Part shown: in pieces, positions 21,763-31,620 of the stretch
Layout of the letters: each line of letters begins with the position of its first letter
Position numbering within the stretch: the stretch's first letter is position 1
DNA from: Pseudomonadota bacterium
Lineage (GTDB): Bacteria > Myxococcota > JACRCW01 > JAFGSX01
NCBI GenBank assembly: GCA_043821645.1
Contig: JBDRCO010000118.1
Span: forward strand, 140,314 to 204,313
Direction: 5' to 3'
DNA: 64,000 nt
Notes under the pieces: generated by a model
Seen by the model: the letters and a program-made list of their open reading frames with translations, nothing else
The model's database searches: none
What the model was told of the DNA's origin: nothing
Translations under genes and position numbers: made by a program

Positions 21763-22257
21763 CTACGGGGCGTCGGACGCGTGCTCCTGCCACAGCCGCC
21801 CCCGATCGGGACAGCGCTGCAGGGCCGCGCGCACGCAAAGACCCGGCGCCACGACGAGGGTCGGCGCGATGTCACACAGTGGCTGCAAGACAAAGCGGCG
21901 TGCGAGCAGTTGCGGATGCGGAAGGCTCAGGCGCGGGGTCGCCAGGCGGACGCCGTCCATGCACAGCAGGTCGAGGTCAATGCGGCGCGGGCCGTAGTGG
22001 GGGCCGCGCAGCCGTCCGAGGGCGCGCTCGACGTCGCGCAGGGCCCTGAGCAGTTGCCAGGGTGAAAGCACGGTGTCGACGATGGCCGCAGCGTTGAAGA
22101 AGCTGCCACCGCGGGCACCGCCCCAGGGTGCGCTGCGGTAGATGGAGGAACTCGCCAGCAGGGTGGTGCGCGGGATCCTGGCGAGCGCGCGCAGGGCCGG
22201 CTTCAGGGCCCGCCCCGCATCGAGGTTGCAGCCGAGACCGATCGCCGCCCTCGTCAC
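21763..22257 (-). CDS. folK: 2-amino-4-hydroxy-6-hydroxymethyldihydropteridine diphosphokinase
   Basis: IGLGCNL, SSIYRSAPWG, F.NAA, E...GR.R...YGPRRIDLDLL, LPHP...RRFVL.PL. Confidence 0.93.
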   Translation of the reverse strand: MTRAAIGLGCNLDAGRALKPALRALARIPRTTLLASSSIYRSAPWGGARGGSFFNAAAIVDTVLSPWQLLRALRDVERALGRLRGPHYGPRRIDLDLLCMDGVRLATPRLSLPHPQLLARRFVLQPLCDIAPTLVVAPGLCVRAALQRCPDRGRLWQEHASDAP

Positions 22258-23048
22258 GCGGGGCGCTCGAACACACCCGTGGTGGGCGCGGCCATGACGT
22301 GATTGCGCAGCACCCCCACGCCCTCGACCTCGATCTCGACGACGTCACCGGCGCCGAGCGGGGACGTTCCGGCGTAGGTTCCCGTCGCCACCACGTCGCC
22401 GGGCAACAGGGTCATGATCGCGCTGATGTAGGCAAGCAGCGTGGGGATGTCGCGAATCAGGTTGCGGGTGTGCCCGTCTTGCTTTTGCAGGCCGTTGACC
22501 CGGGCCAGCACGCGCACAGGAGCAGGATGCAACCCGGTCTCTATCCACGGCCCCAACGGACAGAAGGTGTCGTAGCCCTTGGCACGGGTGTAGTGCCCTT
22601 CGCGGCGCTGGATGTCGCGCGCCGTCACATCATTGACGCAGGTGTAGCCCAGCACGCGGTCCCACACCTCCTCCGGGCGCACGCGGGTCATGGTCTTGCC
22701 CACCACCACGGCGAGCTCGGCCTCATGCTCGACGCGCTGGCTCACCTCGGGCAGCACGATGCTCTGCTCGGGCCCGATGACCGCGGTGCTCGGCTTGGTG
22801 AAGAGGCGCGGCTCCTCGGGGACGGTCTTCTCCATCTCGGCCGCGTGCAGGCGATCATTGAGGCCAATGCACACCACCTTGCTCGGGGTACAGGGCGCCA
22901 GCAGCTCGATCTCTTCGAAAGGGACGCGGCCCTTGCCCACGTGGATTCCCTCGAAGGGCGGTGCGTCGAGCACCGCGACGATCTCGCCGTCGACGACGCC
23001 GTAGCGTGGCTCGGCCTGGGTGGCGGTGACGAATCGACAGATGCGCAT
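22254..23048 (-). CDS. Fumarylacetoacetate hydrolase family protein
   Basis: KVVCIGLN, F.KP, HEAELAVV, NDVTARD, AKGYDTFCPLGP, PGDVVATGT. Confidence 0.9.
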   Translation of the reverse strand: MRICRFVTATQAEPRYGVVDGEIVAVLDAPPFEGIHVGKGRVPFEEIELLAPCTPSKVVCIGLNDRLHAAEMEKTVPEEPRLFTKPSTAVIGPEQSIVLPEVSQRVEHEAELAVVVGKTMTRVRPEEVWDRVLGYTCVNDVTARDIQRREGHYTRAKGYDTFCPLGPWIETGLHPAPVRVLARVNGLQKQDGHTRNLIRDIPTLLAYISAIMTLLPGDVVATGTYAGTSPLGAGDVVEIEVEGVGVLRNHVMAAPTTGVFERPA

Positions 23049-23184
23049 CGGTCGACCTCTAAAAGGGCGTGCCGGCCCTTCGCGGTCCTGGGGTTCCGCA
23101 CTCCAGGTGGAAGGGATGATGCCATCTTCGTCGCCACCCGCCAAACCTGTGGTGCAACGAGGCTGCGCGCGGTAAGAGAGCGTC

Positions 23185-23805
23185 ATGGCCACGCACTCCA
23201 GAAACGAGAGAGTCGCGTCCTCCGCCCAGGTCTCGGAGAGCGGTCTTGCCGACGTCCACGAGGGCCTCACCAAGCTGCACGCCAAGACCGACGCGTTCTT
23301 CACGGTGGTGCTGACCCGGCACCGTCTTCGCATGAATTGCGGGATGGGCTGCGCCAGCTGCTGTCACCGCATGCCCAGCGTGTTTCCCGTCGAGGCCTGG
23401 ATGATCGCCGAGGGACTGCGCCGGGCCCCGGGGCCCGTGGCCCAGCGCATGGCGCGGCGGCTGGTGGATCACTCCCACGAGACAGAGATCTCGCCGTGCC
23501 CGCTGCTCGACGACCGCGGCCACTGCCGGGTGTACGCCGACCGGCCCATCATCTGTCGCAGCCACGGCGCGCCCATCAAGGTTCCGGGCCAGCCCGCCGA
23601 CAGGTGGAGCGTGTGTCCTCTCAACTTTGCGCGCCCGGGAATGCGCTCGCAGGTCGATTCCGTCGACGTCCTCGACGTGGAACGCCTGAACGAGATCCTC
23701 ACCGTCGTCGATGGCTTGTTCCAGCAGGCCTACCCGAACAGCCAGGGTCTCCCCCTGCGCATGCCGCTGGCCGCTGGCATCGTGCACTTCCTGCGCTCAG
23801 CCTGA
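23185..23805 (+). CDS. YkgJ family cysteine-cluster protein
   Basis: CGMGCASCC, CPLL, CRVYADRPIICR. Confidence 0.85.
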   Translation: MATHSRNERVASSAQVSESGLADVHEGLTKLHAKTDAFFTVVLTRHRLRMNCGMGCASCCHRMPSVFPVEAWMIAEGLRRAPGPVAQRMARRLVDHSHETEISPCPLLDDRGHCRVYADRPIICRSHGAPIKVPGQPADRWSVCPLNFARPGMRSQVDSVDVLDVERLNEILTVVDGLFQQAYPNSQGLPLRMPLAAGIVHFLRSA

Positions 23806-24093
23806 ACCCTCTTTGCACAGCGCATCCAGCACATCCAGATCCAGGGCGTGAGGCCTCAACAGACGAAGCGCAACCCGGTGGCCGGAGTTGCCGAGGACTC
23901 GCGCATCGAGCTCGAACAGCGGGGCGTCGCCAACGCGCCAGGTCATGAGGTGCACCGGCGCTCCGGGCAGGAGGTCCGCGTCAATATCCACCTGCAGCAG
24001 ATGGCCTTCGCGAACTCGGGGGATGGCGCACAGGAGCCGCGCACCGTCGTCGAGGAGCAGGTCGGGGGGCGCGACCTCAGGCGCCGCGAGCAA
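23797..24093 (-). CDS. Small hypothetical protein (possibly PilZ-like); start uncertain
   Basis: Open frame filling the gap after the 24077 gene; beta-rich text (FELDARVL, RVALRLL); only a TTG start is available. Confidence 0.35.
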   Translation of the reverse strand: MLAAPEVAPPDLLLDDGARLLCAIPRVREGHLLQVDIDADLLPGAPVHLMTWRVGDAPLFELDARVLGNSGHRVALRLLRPHALDLDVLDALCKEGSG

Positions 24094-24766
24094 AGTAGCT
24101 GCGGTAGGCGTCGCGGCCCTTGTCGGTGAGCGCGAAGCGGTTGGTGTCCTTGGGATCCGTGAGGCGCGCCTCGACCATACCGCCGGTGCCCTGGCGAATG
24201 GCGCGACTGATGTTGGTGCCAAAGGTCTCGATGCCAAGACCCACCGTCAGCACGTGCGCGACCTCGGTCGAGGTCAGAGCGCCGAGGTCCTGCTCCTCGG
24301 CGGCGCCGAGCACATAGACCACGCGAGCGATCATGCGCTTGCCGGCGAGTTCGTCGTCGGCGCCGATCTGGCGTGCCGCGAGCGCACCCTTCTTGATCTT
24401 GTCGGCGAGGTCCTCGATCTCCATCGTCACCTTGGGCCGCGAGCCGCTGTCTTTCTTGGCGACGCTCGGACGCGCGCGGGCCGCGGTCTTGGCGCCCTTG
24501 CTGTTTTTGGCCTTGGGGCTCGCCCGGTGCTCGCTGCCCGCGGGCGGGGCCGTGGGGGCCGACTCGGCGCGCTGCTGCGGCGCGGGAGGGGGCGCGCTCG
24601 GCGGAGCCTCGGGTTCGGGCCACACCACCTCGAAGGGTTCCTCGGTCGGGCGCCCCATCAAACGATCGATGCGCCGTCTCGTGTCGTCGATGACATCGAG
24701 GCCGAGGAAGAATCCGTCGAGGAGCTTCTGGATGACCAGTGTCGATAGGCGTTCCATGTCGGGCAT
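24077..24766 (-). CDS. Hypothetical protein with basic low-complexity linker and possible C-terminal winged helix
   Basis: Pro/Ala/Lys linker followed by LTSTEVA...TNISRAI...FALTDKG. Confidence 0.6.
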   Translation of the reverse strand: MPDMERLSTLVIQKLLDGFFLGLDVIDDTRRRIDRLMGRPTEEPFEVVWPEPEAPPSAPPPAPQQRAESAPTAPPAGSEHRASPKAKNSKGAKTAARARPSVAKKDSGSRPKVTMEIEDLADKIKKGALAARQIGADDELAGKRMIARVVYVLGAAEEQDLGALTSTEVAHVLTVGLGIETFGTNISRAIRQGTGGMVEARLTDPKDTNRFALTDKGRDAYRSYFARGA

Positions 24767-24889
24767 TTTAAGGTCGGCCCGGGGCGCCTGTAAAGCACCT
24801 CTGACGCGTTGCGCCGCGGGCTTCTCTGGGCCTGGCCAGGATCGCCGCGCTATAGTGCGACCTCGTTGATGCACGCGGGAGTCCGGGAC

Positions 24890-25153
24890 ATGAAGCGCAA
24901 AGGGCGCAGCAAGCTCGAGGACGGTGCCAGCGTGGCCGAGCACGCGCGGAGACTGCGCGGGCGACCGGGCTGGGATCCCGCTGGCGTCCTGGCGGGGCGC
25001 GACGACGCGCTGCAGCAGCAGCTCGACAGCCTGCGCTCGACGCAGGCGCTGGACGCCGCCGAGGCCTGCGACGACTGCCTGCGCGAGCGCGTCAAGGGTT
25101 CAGATTCTTCCGCCCTGTGCCCTGCACACCTGGCCCGAGCCCTGGGCCTGTAA
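24890..25153 (+). CDS. Small hypothetical protein with CxxC...CxxH motif
   Basis: ATG after GGGAG; CDDC...LCPAH suggests metal binding. Confidence 0.55.
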   Translation: MKRKGRSKLEDGASVAEHARRLRGRPGWDPAGVLAGRDDALQQQLDSLRSTQALDAAEACDDCLRERVKGSDSSALCPAHLARALGL

Positions 25154-25195
25154 CCGCGCGAGCCCGGGGGGCGCGCAGCAGCATCGAGAGGTCGC

Positions 25196-27823
25196 GTGAG
25201 TTCCATACCAGCTCCCGTCGTTCAGCGGCTCGCCAATGGTCTGACCATCGTCTGCCTCGAAAATCATCACAGCCCGGTTGTGGCGCTGCAGGTCTGGGTC
25301 GGTGTGGGCAGTGCCGACGAGGATGAGACCGCCGGTGAGGCCGGCCTCGCGCACGTGCACGAACACATGCTGTTCAAGGGCACCGAGCGCCGTGGCGTCG
25401 GCGAGATCGCGCGCGCGGTGGAGAGCGCCGGCGGTGAGATCAACGCCTGGACCAGTTTTGACAACACGGTCTACTACGTGGTGATGGCGAGCCGGGACTT
25501 CGACGTCGGGCTCGACGTGCTGGCTGACGCCGTGCTGCATTCTCGCTTCGATCCCGAGGAGCTGGATCGCGAGCGCGAGGTGGTGATCGAGGAGATCAAG
25601 CGCTCACGGGATATCCCGGCGCGCCTGGCGTCGCAGACGCTGTTCGAGACAGCCTTCTCCGTGCACCCTTACCGCAGGCCCGTGATCGGCTACGAGGAGA
25701 CCGTGCGCGCCATGACCCGCGACGCGTTGCACGGCTTCTACCGCCGTCACTACTGCCCCGAGCGCCTGGTGGTGGTGGCGGTGGGCGACCTCGATGCGGC
25801 CCGGGCGCAAGCCAGCATCACCGCGGCCTTCGGTGGGGCCCCGGCCGGCCCTGGCCTCGCGCCGGAGCGACCGCTGGAGCCCGAGCAGGACGCCCTGCGC
25901 CTGCGCCTGCTGTTTGGCCAGACCCACGAGAGTCATCTGCTGTGCGCCTGGCACATCCCGGCGGTCGATCACGACGATGTCCCTGCCCTCGACGTGCTGA
26001 GCGTGACCCTTGGCCACGGCGAGTCGTCCCAGCTGTCGCGGGCGATGCGCTTCCGGCGTCCCCTGGTCAACGAGGCCTTCGCCTACGCCTACACGCCCCG
26101 CGACGCTGGCCTGCTCATCGCTGGCGCCACCTTGCACCATGACAGACTGCGCGATGCGGCCCAGGCCCTGGTGTCGGAGATCCATCGCCTGCGCGACGAG
26201 CCCGTGGCGCTGCGCGAGATCGAGAAGGCGCGCACCATCATCGAGTCCGATGCGGTGTACCAGCGCGAGACCGCCCAGGGCATGGCGCGCAAGCTGGGTT
26301 TCTTTCAGGCGGTCATGGGCGATCTCGGCGCCGAGGCGCGCTACTACGAGGCCATCCGGGAGGTGCGTGCCGAGGACCTGCGGCGTGTCGCCGAGCGCTA
26401 CCTGCGTCCCGAGCAGATGAGCTGCACGGCCCTGTTGCCGCAGCAGCAGGCCACCGAGGTGCGGCAGGACATGCTCGCCGAGGCCCTGCTGCCGCCGCGG
26501 CCGCGCGTCCGTGCCACCCTGGGCCAGGCCGGTGCCAGCGGTGCCTACCGGGTCGAGCTGCCAAGCGGAGCGCGGGTGATCCTGCTGCCGGACAGCACCG
26601 TGCCGGTGGTCTCGTTCCGCGCGGTGTGGCTCGGCGGACAGCGCGCCGAGACTCCCGAGTTCGCCGGTGCCAACAACCTGGCCTCGCGGCTGCTGACCAA
26701 GGGCACCACCAGTCGCAGCGCCCTCGACATCGCCCATGCCGTCGACGCCATGGCGGCGGGCCTGGATGGTTTTTCTGGCCGCAACACCATTGGCCTGCAG
26801 GGCGAGTTCCTGGCGCGCTTTGCCGAGCAGGGCTTCGATCTTCTGGTCGATTGTGCACGCAGCCCAGCCTTCCGCGAGGAGGATCTGGTGCGCGAGCGCG
26901 ACCAGGTACTCGAGCAGATCCGCGCTCGTGACGACGATCTGCCCTCGACCGCGTTCCGGCTGTTCGCCCGCGGCCTGTACCCCCGGCATCCGTACCGGAT
27001 GGATCCCCTGGGCCAGCGCGACAGCGTCGAGGCCCTCGACCACGACGTGCTCGCCACGCTGCACCAGCGCCTGCTGTGTCCCGAGCGCGCCGTGTTCACC
27101 GTCGCGGGCGACATCGAGCCCGAGCGGGGCCTGGCGATGGTCCAGGCGGTCTTTGGCACACCGTCCCTGGCCACCTTGCCGCCCCCGGCCGCACCGGCCG
27201 CCGATCCGGCCCCGCCGCAGCGCCGGGTGCTGCGCCTGGCACGCGATCGGGCCCAGGCGCACCTGGTCTACGGTTTCTCGGGCTGCACCTTTCTCGAGGA
27301 GCGACGCTTTGGTCTCGAGGTGCTGGCCACCGTGCTTGCAGGGCAGAGTGGCCGGCTCTTCCTCGAGCTGCGGGACCGCCAGTCCCTGGCCTACAGCGTC
27401 ACCGCCAGCAGCGTCGAAGGCGTGGAGCCTGGCTACTTCGCAGTCTACATGGGCACCAGCCCCGAGAAGCTGGACCAGGCCATCGCCGGCGTCGAGGAAC
27501 AGCTCGACCGCCTGCGCCAGCAGCCCCCCACGGTGGAAGAGCTGGCGCGAACCCAGCGCTACCTGATCGGGGCCCATGCCATAGGCCTGCAACGGGTCGG
27601 TGCGCGGGCCTCCATCATGGCCTTCAACGAAGTCTACGACGTGGGTTACCAGGCGCACCTGGACTATGCTCGCCGCATCGAGGCGGTGACAGCCGCGGAG
27701 CTTCTGGCCTGCGCCCAGGAGGTGCTGATCCCCCAGCGCGCGGTGCTGGCCATCGTGGCCCCCGAGGGCAGCGGTGGCCCTGCGGTCACCGAGGATGCGA
27801 GTGCGGCCGAGCTGAAGGGTTGA
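25196..27823 (+). CDS. M16 (pitrilysin/insulinase) family zinc peptidase, fused two-half form
   Basis: GLAHVHEHMLFKGT (HxxEH), NAWTSFD; second half has LR....LAY but lacks HxxEH. Confidence 0.93.
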   Translation: MSSIPAPVVQRLANGLTIVCLENHHSPVVALQVWVGVGSADEDETAGEAGLAHVHEHMLFKGTERRGVGEIARAVESAGGEINAWTSFDNTVYYVVMASRDFDVGLDVLADAVLHSRFDPEELDREREVVIEEIKRSRDIPARLASQTLFETAFSVHPYRRPVIGYEETVRAMTRDALHGFYRRHYCPERLVVVAVGDLDAARAQASITAAFGGAPAGPGLAPERPLEPEQDALRLRLLFGQTHESHLLCAWHIPAVDHDDVPALDVLSVTLGHGESSQLSRAMRFRRPLVNEAFAYAYTPRDAGLLIAGATLHHDRLRDAAQALVSEIHRLRDEPVALREIEKARTIIESDAVYQRETAQGMARKLGFFQAVMGDLGAEARYYEAIREVRAEDLRRVAERYLRPEQMSCTALLPQQQATEVRQDMLAEALLPPRPRVRATLGQAGASGAYRVELPSGARVILLPDSTVPVVSFRAVWLGGQRAETPEFAGANNLASRLLTKGTTSRSALDIAHAVDAMAAGLDGFSGRNTIGLQGEFLARFAEQGFDLLVDCARSPAFREEDLVRERDQVLEQIRARDDDLPSTAFRLFARGLYPRHPYRMDPLGQRDSVEALDHDVLATLHQRLLCPERAVFTVAGDIEPERGLAMVQAVFGTPSLATLPPPAAPAADPAPPQRRVLRLARDRAQAHLVYGFSGCTFLEERRFGLEVLATVLAGQSGRLFLELRDRQSLAYSVTASSVEGVEPGYFAVYMGTSPEKLDQAIAGVEEQLDRLRQQPPTVEELARTQRYLIGAHAIGLQRVGARASIMAFNEVYDVGYQAHLDYARRIEAVTAAELLACAQEVLIPQRAVLAIVAPEGSGGPAVTEDASAAELKG

Positions 27824-27878
27824 GGGGCTTCGAGGGGCGTGCCCCAGGCGGAACGTCGCCCCGGGCGAGGGAGGTTCC

Positions 27879-28403
27879 ATGACGATGCGGCACCCGCCTT
27901 TTTCCTGGACCGTGCTGCTGCGCACCGGCGGCAGCCTGGCCTTGCTCGCAGCGGCGGCCCTGCTCAGCCTGGCCAGCAACCTGGACAGCTCCGCCGAGAA
28001 GTACAACGCCTGCTGCGCCTGCCTGTCGCGCAGTCACAACGACTACAGTGAGCCCTGTGTCTCGGTGTCGACGAGCCAGTGCGTGGACACGATCTCGTCG
28101 GGGCAGCCCGTGGCCTCGAACTCGCGCTGCCTGCGGGACCTGTGCGAGGGCGATTGCGGTGAGGTGGTGGGCCAGGTCACGGCTCTCGCCGACATCGAGG
28201 AGTGCTGCGCCTGCCTGGTCGCGTCCCGGGATCCCTCGGGGGTGGCCTGCGTCCAGGTGGATGCCGTGACCTGCGCCAAGGACCTCGACAACGGTCACTC
28301 CCTGGCGTCGACCCAGGCCTGCTTCGACGACGTGTGCCGCGGTCGCTGTGGCTTTCTCAACGTTCAGGGCATCGCCGATGCGGGACCTGCCGACGGAGGC
28401 TGA
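27879..28403 (+). CDS. Exported/membrane Cys-rich protein with duplicated domain
   Basis: SD GGAGG; N-terminal hydrophobic segment; two CCACL...CV....C...C...C.G.CG units. Confidence 0.7.
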   Translation: MTMRHPPFSWTVLLRTGGSLALLAAAALLSLASNLDSSAEKYNACCACLSRSHNDYSEPCVSVSTSQCVDTISSGQPVASNSRCLRDLCEGDCGEVVGQVTALADIEECCACLVASRDPSGVACVQVDAVTCAKDLDNGHSLASTQACFDDVCRGRCGFLNVQGIADAGPADGG

Positions 28404-28479
28404 GCGCCAGGTATCGACAGCACACCGAACAGCTCTATACAATCCGCCGCTCACGGACGGAGCACGGTGAGCGAAGGTC

Positions 28480-29193
28480 ATGGTCCAGTTCAATCTCAGC
28501 CAGCGCGAGATCCTGCTCAAGCTCGTGTACTACGGTCCCGCGCTGTCCGGGAAGACCACCAATCTGCAGGCGGTGTACGAGCTGCTCAACCCCGAGACCC
28601 GGGGTCGTCTGATGACCCTCGACACGGCCAATGACCGCACCCTGTTCTTTGACATGCTGCCGGTGTTCTTTCAGAGCCAGGCCGGCTTCAAGTTCAAGCT
28701 CAAGCTGTACACGGTGCCGGGGCAGGTCATGCACAACTCGACCCGCCGCATCGTGCTGGCCGGGGCCGACGGTGTGGCCTTCATCGCCGACGCCCAGCGC
28801 AATGAGGCCAAGGCCAACAACGAGGCCTGGCGGGGCATGATCGAGAACCTGAAGCAGAACGCGCTCGACCCCACGACCTTGCCCATCGTCATCCAGTTCA
28901 ACAAGTGCGATCTGCCCAACATCCGCAGCGACGAGGAACTGGAGAAGATGCGCGTGCGATCCCGCGAGCCCATCTTCCGCGCCATCGCGACCCAGAAGAA
29001 GGGTGTGCTGGAAACCCTGTACGCCCTGGTGCAGTTGACCTTCCGCCGCCTCGACGCCGAGCAGGACTTCGAGCGCAAGTTCGGCGTTGGCGAGAAGGAG
29101 TTCTTGCGACACCTCTTTGCCGGTGTCGATGGTCGCGCCGCTGGCCTGCCCTCGCTGGGGCGCGGCGTCCCGGAGCCTGATCATGGTGGCTGA
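28480..29193 (+). CDS. MglA-family small Ras-like GTPase, SofG-like (no adjacent MglB)
   Basis: KLVYYGPALSGKTTNL, DRTLFFD, YTVPGQ, GADGVAFIAD, NKCD; C-terminal extension relative to MglA. Confidence 0.9.
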   Translation: MVQFNLSQREILLKLVYYGPALSGKTTNLQAVYELLNPETRGRLMTLDTANDRTLFFDMLPVFFQSQAGFKFKLKLYTVPGQVMHNSTRRIVLAGADGVAFIADAQRNEAKANNEAWRGMIENLKQNALDPTTLPIVIQFNKCDLPNIRSDEELEKMRVRSREPIFRAIATQKKGVLETLYALVQLTFRRLDAEQDFERKFGVGEKEFLRHLFAGVDGRAAGLPSLGRGVPEPDHGG

Positions 29194-30592
29194 GTCGATC
29201 CTGCAAAGGCAGATCCGCCTCGTCGATCTGGTCGAGCCGGAGTCTTTTCGCGAGGTCATCAAGAGCTTCGCGGACCTGTATGGAATCGGCATCAAGGTCT
29301 ACGATGCCGGCGGCACCAAGGTCGCCGACGTGCGCCTTGGCGAGGCCTCGCTGTGCAGCTACCTGTTCGGTTTTGCCGAAACGCGCCAGGCCTGTACCCG
29401 GCACGTGAGTTCGCTCAAGAGCACCGGTCTGGCAGACGTCGTGGACGGGGTCCGCGTGAGCGATTGTGTGTCGGGGCTGCGCTACGCCGTGGTGCCGCTG
29501 TCTTACGATGGTGATCTGCTGGGGCGCCTGATCTTCGGGCCCTTCTGGCCCCGGGAAGCGCCGGGCCCGGCGGCGGCCCTGTTCGAGCTGCAGCCCGACC
29601 TCGACCGCGGCGAGATCGATCGCATGGCCGACGTCTACCGGACAGCGTCGGACGAAGGTGTCCGGCACATGCTCGGGCAGCTCAAGTCCGTGATCGATGT
29701 GATCCTGTACACCTCGTACCGGGCCCTGCTCACGTCGAGCATGCACGTCGAGTCCGTCACCGCCAACTACCACGAGATCATCGAGAAGAATCGCCAGCTC
29801 ACCGAGACCACCGAGCGCCTCAAGGAGCTGGACAGGCTCAAGAGCAACTTCCTGGCGGTGGTCAGCCACGAGCTGCGGACGCCCCTGACCAGCGTCATCG
29901 GCTACGCCGAGATGCTGCTCGAAGGCATGGCGGGAGAACTCAATCCCGAGCAGCGCGACTACACGAGCACCATCATGGAGAAGGGCGAGAGCCTGCTGCA
30001 GATGATCTCCTCGCTGCTCGACATCTCGCGCATCGAGAGCGGCAAGCTCAAGATGATGTGGTCCGACGTGTCGCTGGGCGAGGTCGCGGCGGCGGCGGTT
30101 TCCACGGTCCTGCCACTCATCAGCAAGAAGAAGATCCAGTTCATCCAGCTGCTGCAGGACAACCTGCCCACCCTCCACTGCGATCGCGAGAAGTTGAAGC
30201 AGATCCTGATCAACCTGCTCGCCAACGCGGTCAAGTTCACGCCCGTCGAGGGACAGGTGAAGCTGGAGATCGATCGCACACTGTGCCTGCGCAGGCATCC
30301 GGTGCGGGTCGGGGAGACCGAGCCCACCTCCATCTTCGACGAGGTCGAAGAGGACTTCATCCGTTTCCGGGTCACCGACAGTGGCATCGGCATCGCGGCG
30401 GACCACCAGGAGCGGGTGTTCGAGAGCTTCTACCAGGTCGACAGCTCGTCGACGCGGGAGTACGGCGGGACCGGACTCGGTCTGTCGATCGTCAAGAACT
30501 TCGTCGAGGGCCATGGGGGCGACGTGTGGGTGGAGTCGACGCCAGGCGAGGGCGCCACCTTCCAGGTGTTGCTGCCACTTGTGCGGGACTAG
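29183..30592 (+). CDS. Cytoplasmic histidine kinase with N-terminal PocR-like sensor domain
   Basis: N-terminal domain with spaced Cys and C..GL....VP......LG....G; H-box SHELRTPL, NAVKFT, DSGIGI, GGTGLGL; no TM helix. Confidence 0.88.
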   Translation: MVAESILQRQIRLVDLVEPESFREVIKSFADLYGIGIKVYDAGGTKVADVRLGEASLCSYLFGFAETRQACTRHVSSLKSTGLADVVDGVRVSDCVSGLRYAVVPLSYDGDLLGRLIFGPFWPREAPGPAAALFELQPDLDRGEIDRMADVYRTASDEGVRHMLGQLKSVIDVILYTSYRALLTSSMHVESVTANYHEIIEKNRQLTETTERLKELDRLKSNFLAVVSHELRTPLTSVIGYAEMLLEGMAGELNPEQRDYTSTIMEKGESLLQMISSLLDISRIESGKLKMMWSDVSLGEVAAAAVSTVLPLISKKKIQFIQLLQDNLPTLHCDREKLKQILINLLANAVKFTPVEGQVKLEIDRTLCLRRHPVRVGETEPTSIFDEVEEDFIRFRVTDSGIGIAADHQERVFESFYQVDSSSTREYGGTGLGLSIVKNFVEGHGGDVWVESTPGEGATFQVLLPLVRD

Positions 30593-30594
30593 GC

Positions 30595-31599
30595 ATGGCA
30601 CAGCGCGGGCGCCGGGTCGCCGACCTCGACGAGGAGGCGCTGATCCAGCGCATCGCGCAGCGCGTTCCAGCTGAACCGACGGCGCAGTGCATTCTCGGCA
30701 TCGGCGACGACGCGGCGCTGTTGCGGCCGCGCTCGGGCCACGAGATCGTCGTCACCACGGACCTGGCGGTGGAGGAGCAGGACTTCGTCACCGCGCGCTT
30801 TGCGCCCCGCGCCGTGGGGCATCGTGCCCTGGCCCAGAACCTGTCGGACCTGGCGGCCATGGGCGCCTCGCCCCTGGGCTTCGTGCTCGGTCTATCGCTC
30901 CGCCCCGAGCTCGAGCTGCGCTGGCTGGATGCGCTCCTGCGAGGCCTGCGTGGGCTCGTGCACAGCGCCGGCTGCCCCTTGCTGGGCGGCGATCTGTCGG
31001 CGACCTGCGGCCCGCTGCAGATCTCCATCACGGCCCTTGGAGACGTTCCCCGGGGCCGTGCCCTGCGCCGTGCCGGGGCGCGCCCGGGCGACGCGATCTG
31101 GGTCTCCGGCACGCCAGGCCTGGCGGGGGCGGGACTGCTGGCGGTGCTGGGTTCCGCCGCGCGCTGTCCTCGCGGCGCACGCCAGGCCTTTTGGTGGCCC
31201 CAGCCCCGGCTCCAGCTCGGGATGCGGCTGCGCGGTCTGGCCACGGCCTGCATCGATCTGTCCGACGGCCTGTTGCGAGATCTCGGGCGCCTGGCCTCTG
31301 CCAGCGGCGTGGCGGCACATCTCGACAGCAGCACTCTGCCCCGGCGGCCCGGGCTGGAGCTGGCGCAGAGCCTGGGTGGCGGAGAAGACTTCGAGCTGCT
31401 GTTCACGGCTCCCCCCCGCAAGACTGCGGCGATCGCGCGGCTCGCGGGACGCCTCGAGCTTCAACTCACCGAGATCGGAAAAGTCGCGCCTGGGCGCCGC
31501 GTCCTCGTCGACGGCAAGCCTTTTGAGGGGAGTGCTGGATTCGATCACTTCGCGGGTGCGTCGAGGGAGCGATTGACCCGACGGCGCCCGCACGTCTAA
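30595..31599 (+). CDS. thiL: Thiamine-monophosphate kinase
   Basis: GIGDDAA, NLSDLAAMGA, GGD, IDLSDGL, GGEDFELLFT. Confidence 0.95.
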   Translation: MAQRGRRVADLDEEALIQRIAQRVPAEPTAQCILGIGDDAALLRPRSGHEIVVTTDLAVEEQDFVTARFAPRAVGHRALAQNLSDLAAMGASPLGFVLGLSLRPELELRWLDALLRGLRGLVHSAGCPLLGGDLSATCGPLQISITALGDVPRGRALRRAGARPGDAIWVSGTPGLAGAGLLAVLGSAARCPRGARQAFWWPQPRLQLGMRLRGLATACIDLSDGLLRDLGRLASASGVAAHLDSSTLPRRPGLELAQSLGGGEDFELLFTAPPRKTAAIARLAGRLELQLTEIGKVAPGRRVLVDGKPFEGSAGFDHFAGASRERLTRRRPHV

Positions 31600-31620
31600 T
31601 AATCGCAGCCGGGAGACTTC

